From Pseudobdellovibrionaceae bacterium (GTDB taxonomy: Bacteria > Bdellovibrionota > Bdellovibrionia > Bdellovibrionales > Bdellovibrionaceae): a stretch of DNA of 64,000 nt. Location of the stretch: NCBI GenBank assembly GCA_039810425.1, contig JBDHWW010000008.1, positions 1-64,000 of the forward strand. The letters are read 5' to 3'. Of the stretch, positions 10,746 through 20,492 are shown piece by piece; the stretch's first letter is position 1; every line of letters begins with the position of its first letter. Position numbers and translations under genes: made by a program. Under the pieces are notes generated by a model, which made no database searches, was not told where the DNA came from, and saw nothing but the letters and a program-made list of their open reading frames with translations.

Positions 10746-12626
10746 CTAGGCGGCCCTTCCTAGAAGTTCTTCAAGTTTCTTCAAATGAGGATTGGTGTTG
10801 TAGTACAACATATCGTTTTGCTTATAGTGCTCTACCAGTTTCAGCGCCACATAGCGGCCACTGGCCTGATGAACTTTATCAGACGAACGCAACAAGCTTT
10901 GCACGCGACCGACAAGCTCTTTGTCCACGACTTGTTTTCCTGTGACGAGCAAGGCATCCGCGGACAACCGATTGTGGTCTGAGTGAATAAATTTTTTCAA
11001 GAAACGAACATTTGACGGCGCTTCGCCCAATACCAATACGGCATTTGCTTGAACACGGGCATCTGAGAATTGCAAGTAGAGCTTCAGAATCTCCGTAAGC
11101 TTTTCCGAAACACTGCTTTGCGGGATCAAGTTATGGGTTAAAGAAACCACGGCTGATAAAATCTTAGGATCCACCGGCTTAATGTGGGATCTTCGGTAAG
11201 TGAATTCCAGAAAACCCGTGAATGAGCGCTCGAAGTCCGTCGAAATCATGTGGTTCTTCACGTGCTTTAAATCACCAAAGACTCGGAAGAACAATTCATC
11301 GCTTTGAGTTTCCACGAGTTTTTCCATGTACTTCATCAAAGCCATCAAATTCACATCACTGCGGAAATAAGTGCAGTATTCGGTCTTATTATTTTCCAAG
11401 AAGCTATCCTGGCTCGCAAAGCATTCAACAGCGCTAAAGCCCGGCTTGAACGAGTTGATTTTGCAGACGTTAGAAACGTACTCTTTGCAGGAATCAACTA
11501 GGCCTAAGACCGAGTCCGTAAAGCCATTTTCAACTTGAGTCAGGATCTTCGCAGATTCGGCATACGGCAGACCGCTTAAATTAAAGCCGCTTTCAAGTTT
11601 CGTGAAATGCGCGGTGCCACTGTGAAGGGCGGCATTTAGCCTAAACACTTTGCCCGCGGATGCTGGCAGTGTTCTTTCTATTTCTCCGGCCAGTTCAAAG
11701 AGCGAACGGATGCAGGCTACGGCCATGGGCTCAACCGCTTTGCGTGTGCCTTTAAAATGGAAAACCATCTCGCTCCCCGTGCTTGGGCAAGTTAAACCGC
11801 CGTACCGGGCGACGATTTCTTGTGCGCCCGCCTGGTACTTACTAAGCACCGACGTCAAGTGGTCGCTCGACACAATAGAGTGCTGTGTTGCTGTGTTCAA
11901 TTCAACCCGGACGACCGTGACTTCAAAAGTCGACGGCGCAAAGGTCTTATTTTTTACTTCGTGCAAAAGAGCCGGAGCCAATGGGCTCTTGTGACTTTCT
12001 TTGGCCGTGATTGGAACCAAGTTCGTCACGGATTTCAGCGGCACGTCTGACTCAGCCTTTTTAAGGCCGCGCAATTTCGTGAAGCTCACCGCATCTCTGA
12101 GTATAAAGAAGAAAAAGACCGCGGCGAAAAGGCTGATGATCATGAGATTATGAAGAACGAGGTACTTTTGCTCGCCAAACACGACGCGGGAAAGCGACTT
12201 CTTAGAGGTGTTCACACCGACCGTTAAACGATAGTCGTAGATTTGAATCGTCTTAAATGTGACATCTGAACTTTCAACAAATTGATTGAAGTTGGAATAC
12301 TCCTGGTTCAAATCGTCCGGATTGTTTTGTTTATTATAGAAAGTAACGACTTTGTCTTTCTTTTGCAGAATATAGAAATCCACCATGCGAAACTCGCGGG
12401 CCTGCTTCAGACGTTCTGACAGAGAATCGATATTGTCTTTGATAATGAGATTGCCAGAGAACTCAAGAACGAAGTCGACATCCTTCTTGCGGTCTTGAAT
12501 GACCCGGTCCACGCGTGACGTGATATTAAAATAGTATTCTGCTGACACGATGCCAACGTAGGCAAGCCAGATGCTTGCAATCGCCAGTAGCAGAATGGTT
12601 TTTCTATTTTTCTGTCGCGCCGACAA
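10746..12626 (-). CDS. Membrane protein with degenerate class III nucleotide cyclase-like domain and C-terminal HEAT-like repeats
   Basis: 2 TM; cyclase-like segment (VVRVELN..EIVARYGG..GSEMVFHF..ALHSG); DARVQANA HEAT-like motif. Confidence 0.6.
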   Translation of the reverse strand: MSARQKNRKTILLLAIASIWLAYVGIVSAEYYFNITSRVDRVIQDRKKDVDFVLEFSGNLIIKDNIDSLSERLKQAREFRMVDFYILQKKDKVVTFYNKQNNPDDLNQEYSNFNQFVESSDVTFKTIQIYDYRLTVGVNTSKKSLSRVVFGEQKYLVLHNLMIISLFAAVFFFFILRDAVSFTKLRGLKKAESDVPLKSVTNLVPITAKESHKSPLAPALLHEVKNKTFAPSTFEVTVVRVELNTATQHSIVSSDHLTSVLSKYQAGAQEIVARYGGLTCPSTGSEMVFHFKGTRKAVEPMAVACIRSLFELAGEIERTLPASAGKVFRLNAALHSGTAHFTKLESGFNLSGLPYAESAKILTQVENGFTDSVLGLVDSCKEYVSNVCKINSFKPGFSAVECFASQDSFLENNKTEYCTYFRSDVNLMALMKYMEKLVETQSDELFFRVFGDLKHVKNHMISTDFERSFTGFLEFTYRRSHIKPVDPKILSAVVSLTHNLIPQSSVSEKLTEILKLYLQFSDARVQANAVLVLGEAPSNVRFLKKFIHSDHNRLSADALLVTGKQVVDKELVGRVQSLLRSSDKVHQASGRYVALKLVEHYKQNDMLYYNTNPHLKKLEELLGRAA

Positions 12627-12685
12627 GGACGTCCTCCATAATTCACTTTCGATCGAAAACCTTTTCGATCAGCTCACTATGAGTC

Positions 12686-12712
12686 ATATCGGCGCGCTTT
12701 GGTAAATCTATA
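12686..12712 (-). promoter_or_regulatory. Putative sigma28 (FliA) promoter of the cyclase-like/cNMP operon
   Basis: TATAGATT-N11-GCCGATAT vs consensus TAAAGTTT-N11-GCCGATAA. Confidence 0.6.
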
Positions 12713-12800
12713 CTGGACTAGTCTAAAAAACCTTAAAGTAAACATCGCCCGGCGATGTCCCCCCGAGTGACGTCTCGGTGTGAGACATCTTTTAGATTCT

Positions 12801-12828
12801 TCAAGCTACACGACATTTTAGCCGATAG
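12801..12828 (+). promoter_or_regulatory. Putative sigma28 promoter of the lipoprotein at 12850
   Basis: TCAAG-N15-GCCGATAG, about 20 nt upstream of the ATG. Confidence 0.6.
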
Positions 12829-12849
12829 GTTATATAGTGGAGGGTTCAC

Positions 12850-13176
12850 ATGAGAACCGCAAAGTTACAGTCTGTATTTGTCTTTGCAATGTTGGCACTG
12901 ACGCTGACCGCCTGCTCTATGGAGGCTTCAATCCAAAGCCTTGTGCCTGATATTCAGCTCTTCAAAGCTCCAGGACAAGCTCACGGTATTACTTCTGGTT
13001 CCGGCCAAATGAAGAAAACTGTGAACACGACAACAAGCGCCGTAGGTGAATACAAAGTCTCTTCGTCTGTCGGTGTCGTCGGAGGGACAAACACTAACAA
13101 TGCCAGCCTTTACTATCAAACCAGCGGCGGCTATAAGGTCTATGGTACTGTTCAAGGCGCCATGGTTTCCCAATAG
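12850..13176 (+). CDS. Small lipoprotein
   Basis: GGAGG RBS, lipobox LTAC. Confidence 0.75.
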   Translation: MRTAKLQSVFVFAMLALTLTACSMEASIQSLVPDIQLFKAPGQAHGITSGSGQMKKTVNTTTSAVGEYKVSSSVGVVGGTNTNNASLYYQTSGGYKVYGTVQGAMVSQ

Positions 13177-13263
13177 CGCTTCTCATTTTGGGCCAAAGCT
13201 AGCCGATCGCCCCATATAGTTTCAAAATAAAACAACCGATCAGATCCCCAGGGAGTGTAAACT

Positions 13264-13818
13264 ATGAAACCTTGGGGATTTTTAATTTTAGCGTCACTAG
13301 TGACCAGTCAGCAGACCTTGGCCCAGGATCTGGGCATCATTGATGTCCGTCGTAATATCACTCTTGCGGACGACGACGTGGTTTACAAAGACTTCTATAT
13401 CAGCGGCGGCGAATCCGACGGTTTGAAAAAGAACCTCGTCGTCACGGCGATGAGAAAAATCCAGGTCCGCGACGCCAATGGCTCGCAGTCTTACGGTGAA
13501 ATTCTCATCCCCGTCGGCCAGCTTCGGGTGATCGCGACCTATGGTAAAGTCTCTGTCGCGCGTGAATACAAACTTCTGTCGCGCGATGAACTGCCGATGC
13601 TGGAACAGATCGGCATGATGAACGGTGATCGCATCGACATCAAAGGTGCCTTCGTTGACAATGCAAAACCCGTCCACAAAAAGAAAATAGCCGAGCATGT
13701 CGCGAAACCACCCACAGCGGTCGTGACCGTCGTAACGGCTTCCGAGCCTCCAAAGAACGCACCGGTAGCCCCAAAGACTGAAAAAACTGCAGAGGCGGCA
13801 GCTCCTAAAATTCAGTAA
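13264..13818 (+). CDS. Secreted hypothetical protein
   Basis: GGGAG RBS, signal peptide, low-complexity C-terminus. Confidence 0.7.
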   Translation: MKPWGFLILASLVTSQQTLAQDLGIIDVRRNITLADDDVVYKDFYISGGESDGLKKNLVVTAMRKIQVRDANGSQSYGEILIPVGQLRVIATYGKVSVAREYKLLSRDELPMLEQIGMMNGDRIDIKGAFVDNAKPVHKKKIAEHVAKPPTAVVTVVTASEPPKNAPVAPKTEKTAEAAAPKIQ

Positions 13819-13872
13819 AATTAAGATCTTAACTCCCCGCTGGACCCCAACAGGATTTTAGGGCACAACTAC

Positions 13873-14793
13873 GTGCCTATGTCATACTATCGCGTTCGCT
13901 TAAGCCAAGTCCCGACCCTTCTCGAAGACGACGTTACTCAGCACTCCTTTGAATATGGTGCAAGCGGCGTCACCGAAGCTTTAATCTACACTCAGCCCGA
14001 TCTGACTTACGATCCAGATCTCGTTCCCGTGAAAAGCCATGACCTCGATGTATTCTTCCTCGAGAAACCGGCACAAGAGTTCTTCAACGGACTTGGTGAA
14101 ATTGATCAAGGTATCAAGTGGGGCCTTTTCGAAGAGGAAGACAAAGACTGGCTCGAAGAGTGGAAGAAAGGCTTTAAACCATTCCAACTCGTGGGTCCTT
14201 TTTGGATCGTGCCGTCATGGTTAGAAACTCCGGCGGAGTGCGAACGTCCAATTTTCATCGATCCAGGCATGGCATTCGGTACGGGAACCCACGCGACAAC
14301 GAAGATGGCTTCATACTTCGTGCACAAGCTTGCGGAAAAATACAAAAAAGAAATTTCCGATTGGGCGTTGCTTGATGTCGGCACCGGCACAGCCATCCTC
14401 GCGATGCTGGCGCAAAAAAGCGGTTTCGGTCTTGTGACGGGCATCGAGATCGATCCAGAAGCCCGCCGTGTCGCTAAAGAAAATGTGAAGCTGAACAAGC
14501 TCAGCCAAATCGAAATTTCCGATGCGCTTCTTGAAGAAGTGCGCGGCGAATACGATGTGGTGATTGCAAACATCATTGATGGCGTTCTCATCAATATCCG
14601 CAAAGAGTTGCTCCGGGTTTTAAAACCAGGTGGCTTCTTGTTCCTGACCGGTATCCTGACCGAAAGAGATAATCTTTTCTTCGAGAAATTCATCGAGACT
14701 TCAAGCCTCAAAGTTTTACGCCGTTTGGAAAAAGAAGAATGGGTTGGCTACTGGGTGCAAAAACCTGATGCCACTGCGGCGGCTGAGGAGTAA
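13873..14793 (+). CDS. prmA: 50S ribosomal protein L11 methyltransferase
   Basis: DPGMAFGTGTHATT, LDVGTGTAILA, ANII motifs. Confidence 0.93.
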   Translation: MPMSYYRVRLSQVPTLLEDDVTQHSFEYGASGVTEALIYTQPDLTYDPDLVPVKSHDLDVFFLEKPAQEFFNGLGEIDQGIKWGLFEEEDKDWLEEWKKGFKPFQLVGPFWIVPSWLETPAECERPIFIDPGMAFGTGTHATTKMASYFVHKLAEKYKKEISDWALLDVGTGTAILAMLAQKSGFGLVTGIEIDPEARRVAKENVKLNKLSQIEISDALLEEVRGEYDVVIANIIDGVLINIRKELLRVLKPGGFLFLTGILTERDNLFFEKFIETSSLKVLRRLEKEEWVGYWVQKPDATAAAEE

Positions 14794-14795
14794 AC

Positions 14796-15554
14796 ATGCG
14801 CCGCTACTGGATTGAATCTAAAGATCTTTACGGTGACCGCGTGAATTTCACGGGCGATACTTTTCATCATATCTTCGATGTGTGTCGTCAAGAAGTGGGA
14901 TCGAAATTCGAAGTCCTCAACGAGGATAGTAAAGCCTTTCTCGTAGAAGTTGTTTCTGTTGCTAAAAAAACCGCCGAGGCCCGCGTGCTGGAAGCGCGCG
15001 TGATTCCGCCACTCCCAGAACCCCATATCCACTTGGCTCTCGCGGTTTCACGCTTTCCTGTGATGGACGCCATTGTCGAAAAAGCTGTGGAAATGGGCGT
15101 AAAGAGCATTCAGCCATTATTCACGGAGTTCAGTTTTGTGCGCACGCCGAGCGCTTTGTCGGCCAATAAAGTCGACCGCTGGGATAAGATCGTACGCTCC
15201 GCGACCCAACAAAGTGGCCGTGGAGATCTGATGCAGATCAAGCCCGCCCTGCAAATGGATGAGTTTCTTAAAAGTTTTAACCCAAAATCCTCCGTTATGG
15301 GTCTTTTTGCTTATGAGGGCGCGTCGACTCTCAGCATTAAGCATTATGTAACCGAAAAAAAGCGAGAGCTCGGAACCATAAAAGACATTTGGATCTTCGT
15401 TGGCAGCGAAGGAGGATTCTCCCTTGCTGAAGTTGAAAAAATGGGCAACCTGGCCCTTTATCCAGTGACCCTCGGACCGCAAGTTTTGAGAGTGGAAACG
15501 GCTTGCATGGCCCTAGTCTCCGTCCTAAAGTATGACTTTGATCTGATGTGTTGA
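14796..15554 (+). CDS. rsmE: 16S rRNA m3U1498 methyltransferase
   Basis: EKAVEMGV, GSEGGFS, LGPQVLRVETA motifs; follows prmA. Confidence 0.93.
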   Translation: MRRYWIESKDLYGDRVNFTGDTFHHIFDVCRQEVGSKFEVLNEDSKAFLVEVVSVAKKTAEARVLEARVIPPLPEPHIHLALAVSRFPVMDAIVEKAVEMGVKSIQPLFTEFSFVRTPSALSANKVDRWDKIVRSATQQSGRGDLMQIKPALQMDEFLKSFNPKSSVMGLFAYEGASTLSIKHYVTEKKRELGTIKDIWIFVGSEGGFSLAEVEKMGNLALYPVTLGPQVLRVETACMALVSVLKYDFDLMC

Positions 15555-15584
15555 TATTTCTGCCCGTCAGGAAAAGGAGATGGA

Positions 15585-16367
15585 ATGGATCCATTTGAAG
15601 AGTTTGAGTTTAAGCCCCTCACAGAAGGTCTGGGTTTTCACAAAAAGAAAGCCTCTGCGGCGCAAAAAGCGACCGATCTTGATTCTTCTTTTGAAGTGAC
15701 TAAGCCAGGCAGAAGCTTAAACCAAACCGGCCTTTCCCTGATTGAGGAAGAAGCTGTAGATCCTTTGCGCCCACCACTCCCACGGAAACCGGCAACTCCG
15801 GTGGCGCCTGTGGAGCCTGAAACGTCGCCGTCTTCTTCGGCCGTGAATGAAATCCTCAAGACATTGCAAAAAAACCGCCGTCTGGATTTCGAGAACAAAT
15901 CAGCAGCAAAAATCCAACAGCAAGCGACTCGCAAGGCTGAAGAATACAAACCGGATGTTTGGAACTTCTCTTCGGCGTTATTGGACGGCATGCTTGTGAT
16001 CGCCGCAAGCCTGTTGTGCATGATCGTGGTGTTGATGGTAACCCGGGCGGACTTAATTGCAAATCTCGCCAATCCAGATGCGTCTGGCATGATTTACGTG
16101 GCAACGGTCTCGTTGCTGGCCTCCGTTGCTTTCATTTACTTGTTAGTGAACCGCATGTTCTTGGGTGCGACTCCTGGCGAGTGGGCATTTGAACAACGTA
16201 TCGGTCAACCGGCGGAAATCACGACGGCAATGTATTCAATTCGTGTATTGGCTCGCAGTGTTTTGGTGATTGTGACGGGCTTTGTCGTATTGCCAGTTCT
16301 ATCCGCCTTGATGAACCGCGATCTTGCCGGTGAAATCACCGGAGCCAAACTCGTTAAAAAGGTTTAA
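15585..16367 (+). CDS. RDD-like membrane protein with disordered N-terminus
   Basis: C-terminal 3 TM with ALLD and GATPG motifs. Confidence 0.6.
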   Translation: MDPFEEFEFKPLTEGLGFHKKKASAAQKATDLDSSFEVTKPGRSLNQTGLSLIEEEAVDPLRPPLPRKPATPVAPVEPETSPSSSAVNEILKTLQKNRRLDFENKSAAKIQQQATRKAEEYKPDVWNFSSALLDGMLVIAASLLCMIVVLMVTRADLIANLANPDASGMIYVATVSLLASVAFIYLLVNRMFLGATPGEWAFEQRIGQPAEITTAMYSIRVLARSVLVIVTGFVVLPVLSALMNRDLAGEITGAKLVKKV

Positions 16368-16373
16368 TTCCAA

Positions 16374-16841
16374 ATGGGCCAGGTCTCTAAATTCGAATCC
16401 GTTGCCAAGGATCTGGCTTTCCTGAAATCCCAAAACAAAAAAATCGTTTTCACGAACGGCTGCTTTGATCTGCTTCATGTCGGCCACGTTCGCTATTTGC
16501 AAGAGGCTAAAAAACTCGGCGACGTTCTCGTTGTCGGTGTCAATAGCGACGCCAGCGTGAGAGTTTTAAAGGGCCCGACCCGCCCGGTACAGGTCGAAGC
16601 CGACCGTGCCGAGATTTTGGCGGCACTAGGAGCCGTTGATTATACAGTGATCTTTAACGAAGAGACTCCTCTTAAATTAATTGAAACCGTGAAACCTGAC
16701 ATTCTCGTGAAAGGTGGCGACTGGAAGGCCGATCAGATCGTCGGCAGCGATTTTGTGATCGCCAATGGTGGCAAAGTGATGTCTTTGCAGTTCGTTGATG
16801 GCAAGTCCACCACCAAACTCATCGAAAAAGCTCAAAAATAG
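16374..16841 (+). CDS. rfaE2: D-glycero-beta-D-manno-heptose 1-phosphate adenylyltransferase
   Basis: FTNGCFDLLHVGH, GVNSDASV, KGGD, STT motifs. Confidence 0.92.
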   Translation: MGQVSKFESVAKDLAFLKSQNKKIVFTNGCFDLLHVGHVRYLQEAKKLGDVLVVGVNSDASVRVLKGPTRPVQVEADRAEILAALGAVDYTVIFNEETPLKLIETVKPDILVKGGDWKADQIVGSDFVIANGGKVMSLQFVDGKSTTKLIEKAQK

Positions 16842-16904
16842 TACGTTAAAAAAACAAGCCCCAAAATCCCGGGTCAACAGCGGCCCCCGCCTGCGGCAAT
16901 AGAA

Positions 16905-17639
16905 CTAGAACCGAAGGCCTACTTTTCCGGCATAGGTCGACTGAACGTAACGGTCTACCTCGAGCGCGATAAAGGCACTCGACATCTTTATGCAGATACC
17001 GAAAACCGTGTGCGGAGAAGCGACGTCGGTCGTTTCGGTCACACCAGAATCAGTGATGCCCCCCGTGCCGCCGACAAAAGTTCCGACGGAGCGAGCTTGC
17101 CCAGCGCCAAAAAATAACGACACGTCTTTCATATTTACTGAAGCAATTAAGTCAGCGCCCGTAGTGTGTGCCCCGAGAACATTATTGAAATTCATCGCCG
17201 AACCGTGAAATACCAAACTGAGTGCCGCGGGCATAAACTTGGTTTCGTAAAATCCCCAGCGAAGCTGCGCCCCGTATCCAGAAATGGCTTCGTCTTGCGG
17301 TAACGGAATGAACTGCAAGAGCACATCGACATTGTAATAGAAACCCTTGCCGACAGTCAGGTTCAGGTAATTTAGATCACTTTTCGAGTTTGTCTTGTTC
17401 CCGAGACTGGCAACATCGGCCAGAGGAATGTACTCGCTGCTAAGCCCTATCTCGACCCCATCATAGCCACCCAAAGAATAGGGGCTTGCAAGAAGTTTGG
17501 CTGAGGAGCCAAAACCCAAAATGCCCAATGCGGCCTCGCGGTCGGATGCCTTTAAGCCCGTTGGCAAACTGAGCGTCGTGGAAGCAAATGCATGCCCTGA
17601 AATGATCAAGATGAAGAGCGCGATGAGAATTCTCGACAT
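16905..17639 (-). CDS. Putative outer-membrane beta-barrel protein
   Basis: Signal peptide, alternating amphipathic strands, C-terminal GLRF. Confidence 0.6.
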   Translation of the reverse strand: MSRILIALFILIISGHAFASTTLSLPTGLKASDREAALGILGFGSSAKLLASPYSLGGYDGVEIGLSSEYIPLADVASLGNKTNSKSDLNYLNLTVGKGFYYNVDVLLQFIPLPQDEAISGYGAQLRWGFYETKFMPAALSLVFHGSAMNFNNVLGAHTTGADLIASVNMKDVSLFFGAGQARSVGTFVGGTGGITDSGVTETTDVASPHTVFGICIKMSSAFIALEVDRYVQSTYAGKVGLRF

Positions 17640-17671
17640 CTCTTCATCAAAAACCAATTCCACGAATTAGT

Positions 17672-18736
17672 CTAGGTGTTTGAGAGGGATTGGATTTGGG
17701 TCAGCGCGTTTTGAGCAAGGCCGGCAACCGTAGAGTCTCCGCTCTTTGTTAAATTCTCAAAAATAGAAACAAACTGGCTATAGGTATTCTTCGTGCCTGA
17801 AGCTACCACACCTCGGCCACCGCTGCTTGCGCGAGTGCCGCCTGCATTTTGGCCATTTTTAACCTGCTCAAGACCTGTCACCATCACCTGCGCTGCGTGA
17901 GTCACCACTTGAGAGTCCTCAGACTGAAGTGCCAATGCCAGAATTGAAAGTTTTGAGCCAGACATGTAGCTCATCATATATGTGTCAGCGGCCTTTCTAT
18001 TATTCGCATCCAGCTTGTCATAGTTCGTAGAAACCGCGCTGAAGCTCTTCAAGCTGGGAACCGCTTGGGCGATCACCAGTGCCATCGCTTGGGTTTCCGT
18101 GTTTGAACTTTGGATCAGATCGTTCATAATTAAATACAATGTGTTCGCATCCACCTCTTTGTTGTTGAAAGCGTTAACAAGCTTACTCACATTTTCTTTC
18201 GTCGGCTGACCTACAACCAAAGCACGCCACTGAGCTGCACTCAAAGTGTCGGTCTTTGCCTGGTAATTAGTGTTTGCCCGGGCCGTTGGCATCGCACCGA
18301 TAGCGCCGCCTGACTGAGTTTGATGTTCTGTATTTAAATCGCCAGATGCCAATGGAGCCGTTGGAGCCGCGTTGTTAATAGTCACTTTCATCTCCGGCTT
18401 CCGCTGGGCCGCCGTCGCTTTTTGCTGAGCTGCCTTCTTCGCAGCTTCTGCTGCCTGGGCTTTAGGGTCGATTTTAGCGGCGTTCTTAGCATCGGAAAGT
18501 TTCTTCGCGTCTTTTTTGTCTTTGAAGGGGTTAATTTCAGTACGCTCGATCTCGCGGCCTTCTAAACCAAAAAAGAAGTTATACAGCGCACTCTTAGGAC
18601 GAGGCATGCTGTAGGACATGTCGAAATCAGCGTGTCTAACAGTTTTTACGGCGCCCCTCAGGAAGAAGAATCCTGCAAAGGCAATAATCGCTGCAGTCAG
18701 AATCATTCCGGTTACATATCGATTTGTTTGACCCAT
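17672..18736 (-). CDS. Membrane-anchored hypothetical protein with helical repeats
   Basis: Single N-terminal TM, A/K-rich linker, helical C-terminal domain. Confidence 0.7.
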   Translation of the reverse strand: MGQTNRYVTGMILTAAIIAFAGFFFLRGAVKTVRHADFDMSYSMPRPKSALYNFFFGLEGREIERTEINPFKDKKDAKKLSDAKNAAKIDPKAQAAEAAKKAAQQKATAAQRKPEMKVTINNAAPTAPLASGDLNTEHQTQSGGAIGAMPTARANTNYQAKTDTLSAAQWRALVVGQPTKENVSKLVNAFNNKEVDANTLYLIMNDLIQSSNTETQAMALVIAQAVPSLKSFSAVSTNYDKLDANNRKAADTYMMSYMSGSKLSILALALQSEDSQVVTHAAQVMVTGLEQVKNGQNAGGTRASSGGRGVVASGTKNTYSQFVSIFENLTKSGDSTVAGLAQNALTQIQSLSNT

Positions 18737-18767
18737 AAAAACCTCGCTTGGCTATAACTACTCAATA

Positions 18768-18783
18768 AGCCAAGGATGTGCCA
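18768..18783 (-). promoter_or_regulatory. Putative sigma54 promoter
   Basis: TGGCAC-N5-TGGCT with correct GG/GC spacing, upstream of 18736. Confidence 0.5.
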
Positions 18784-18978
18784 TGGGTGCTCGATTGTAG
18801 CGCTTCTGGGGGTCTCACTCTGGGAAGGAATGCCAACCGGAGCAATTTACGCGCACGTCTGCCCACAAAATAGACGGTCTCAGCTTGAGACACTTTGCCC
18901 GTAAGAGCGCCTAGCACCTTCGCCCCAAAGCAAAGCCATGCACACAAAAACAACGTCAACGCTAATAAAAAATGTTAC

Positions 18979-19374
18979 CTATGTTTTAGATCTCGCCGCC
19001 TTTGGAGTGCAGGGGCAGAAGCCCGGACGTGGACCAATGCTCGGAAAATCCCGGCAGACCCCAGGACGCTTTTCATAGACGGTACAAAGACGGGTCTTCG
19101 AATCGAGGAAATAGCAATCCCGGCCGTGCTTTTGCGTAAGCATAAAGAGTTCCGTACCCTGACGGTAGCTGCTGACGATCCCCTCTTTCATAAGCCGCTT
19201 CGCCAATTTCTTAATCGAGCCCTCAGCTTCGTCAGGCGTGACCACCTCAAGCCGGATGAGGTCCCTGAGCTTCACTTCGACAGGCATGGTGCAACAACCG
19301 CCAAAGCAGCCATCGCACATTCCTGTACGGTAGAGTTTCCAAGTGGAAGGACGATCAATATCGACGTGAGCCAT
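18979..19374 (-). CDS. YkgJ-family cysteine cluster protein
   Basis: CxxCxxxCC, CYFLD, CTVYEKRPGVCRDFP. Confidence 0.85.
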   Translation of the reverse strand: MAHVDIDRPSTWKLYRTGMCDGCFGGCCTMPVEVKLRDLIRLEVVTPDEAEGSIKKLAKRLMKEGIVSSYRQGTELFMLTQKHGRDCYFLDSKTRLCTVYEKRPGVCRDFPSIGPRPGFCPCTPKAARSKT

Positions 19375-19386
19375 ACAGGGCCCATA

Positions 19387-20487
19387 TTACGGAACGACGG
19401 GGGTCCTTGTCACGAGCTGACTGTCGTAGCGGGCGTTGTCGTCTAAGGATTGCAAAACTACCAGGGTATAGCCACGCCCATAAATCGCCTTCAAAAATTC
19501 CGGCAAAATTTCCAGGGTCCTCCGCTGAATATCATGAAATAAAACAATCCCACGCTGGTTTTTATCGACTTGATCAAGAACCCCTTTGAGAAGAACCGAA
19601 TTGCTTTGCGCCTTCCAGTCGGTGGAATCGATACTCCAATACATTTGCGCCACTTGGCGCTCAGCCAGGTAAGACACCAAGGCCGGGTCGGACTCGCCAT
19701 AGGGAAAGCGGAAAAACGGATCGACAAATCCCAAGATGTCATGCACGGCCTGATGCCCGCCGCGAATCTCCTCCACCGCCTCATCAAAGGTCAGCGGAGT
19801 TCCGTTATTCGCCTTGGCACACAGCCCATTGTCAGCCAGACAGCGGTGGGTGAGCGAGTGACTGCCGATCGCATGACCTTCCGCCGCCGCACGATAAACG
19901 ATGGTTGGATTTTCACGGACATGCGGCCCCAACGTGAAGAACATCACTCGGGCATTCACGGCTTTAAGAATGTCCAGGATCTGCGGTGTCAGCTCCGTGT
20001 TGGGACCGTCATCAAAGGTCAGCACAAGTTCTTTGGGTTGAACATCTCCCGTCGCCGCCCTATAACCTTTTGAAAGGTCGCGCTTTTCCACGCGTGGTTG
20101 AAACTGAAAATTCAAACCGGAGGTCTTTTCCAACAGCCGCTTTTGCTCTTGCCAGTATTTTTCCAACGTTTGTTTTAAAGAACTCCGGCAGTCTTTGAGA
20201 ATCGGTAAGTTTTCAGGTCTATTGATCTCTTCTTCAAAGAGAGAAAGATCCTGACCTTCCAACTCGGATAAACCACTGCAGACTTCTTTACCTAAGCCGG
20301 CGTTGGTCTTCACTTCCGCGCGCAAACGCGCAAACAGATTGCGCGGATTTTCGTCGGCACTTTCCCACTCAAGAATACTTTTAGCGTGTTGGTTTCTAAC
20401 GACGGACTCTTGGATTTCACTGTGCACAGGGTTTGTGCAGGCGACAAACCCAAACGTCAGAAGTATTATGTAACATTTTCTGAGCAT
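19387..20487 (-). CDS. Lipoprotein polysaccharide/peptidoglycan deacetylase (CE4/NodB)
   Basis: Lipobox FVAC; TFDDGP, HSLTH, RFPYG, DW, LFHD motifs. Confidence 0.88.
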   Translation of the reverse strand: MLRKCYIILLTFGFVACTNPVHSEIQESVVRNQHAKSILEWESADENPRNLFARLRAEVKTNAGLGKEVCSGLSELEGQDLSLFEEEINRPENLPILKDCRSSLKQTLEKYWQEQKRLLEKTSGLNFQFQPRVEKRDLSKGYRAATGDVQPKELVLTFDDGPNTELTPQILDILKAVNARVMFFTLGPHVRENPTIVYRAAAEGHAIGSHSLTHRCLADNGLCAKANNGTPLTFDEAVEEIRGGHQAVHDILGFVDPFFRFPYGESDPALVSYLAERQVAQMYWSIDSTDWKAQSNSVLLKGVLDQVDKNQRGIVLFHDIQRRTLEILPEFLKAIYGRGYTLVVLQSLDDNARYDSQLVTRTPVVP

Positions 20488-20492
20488 CGTAC

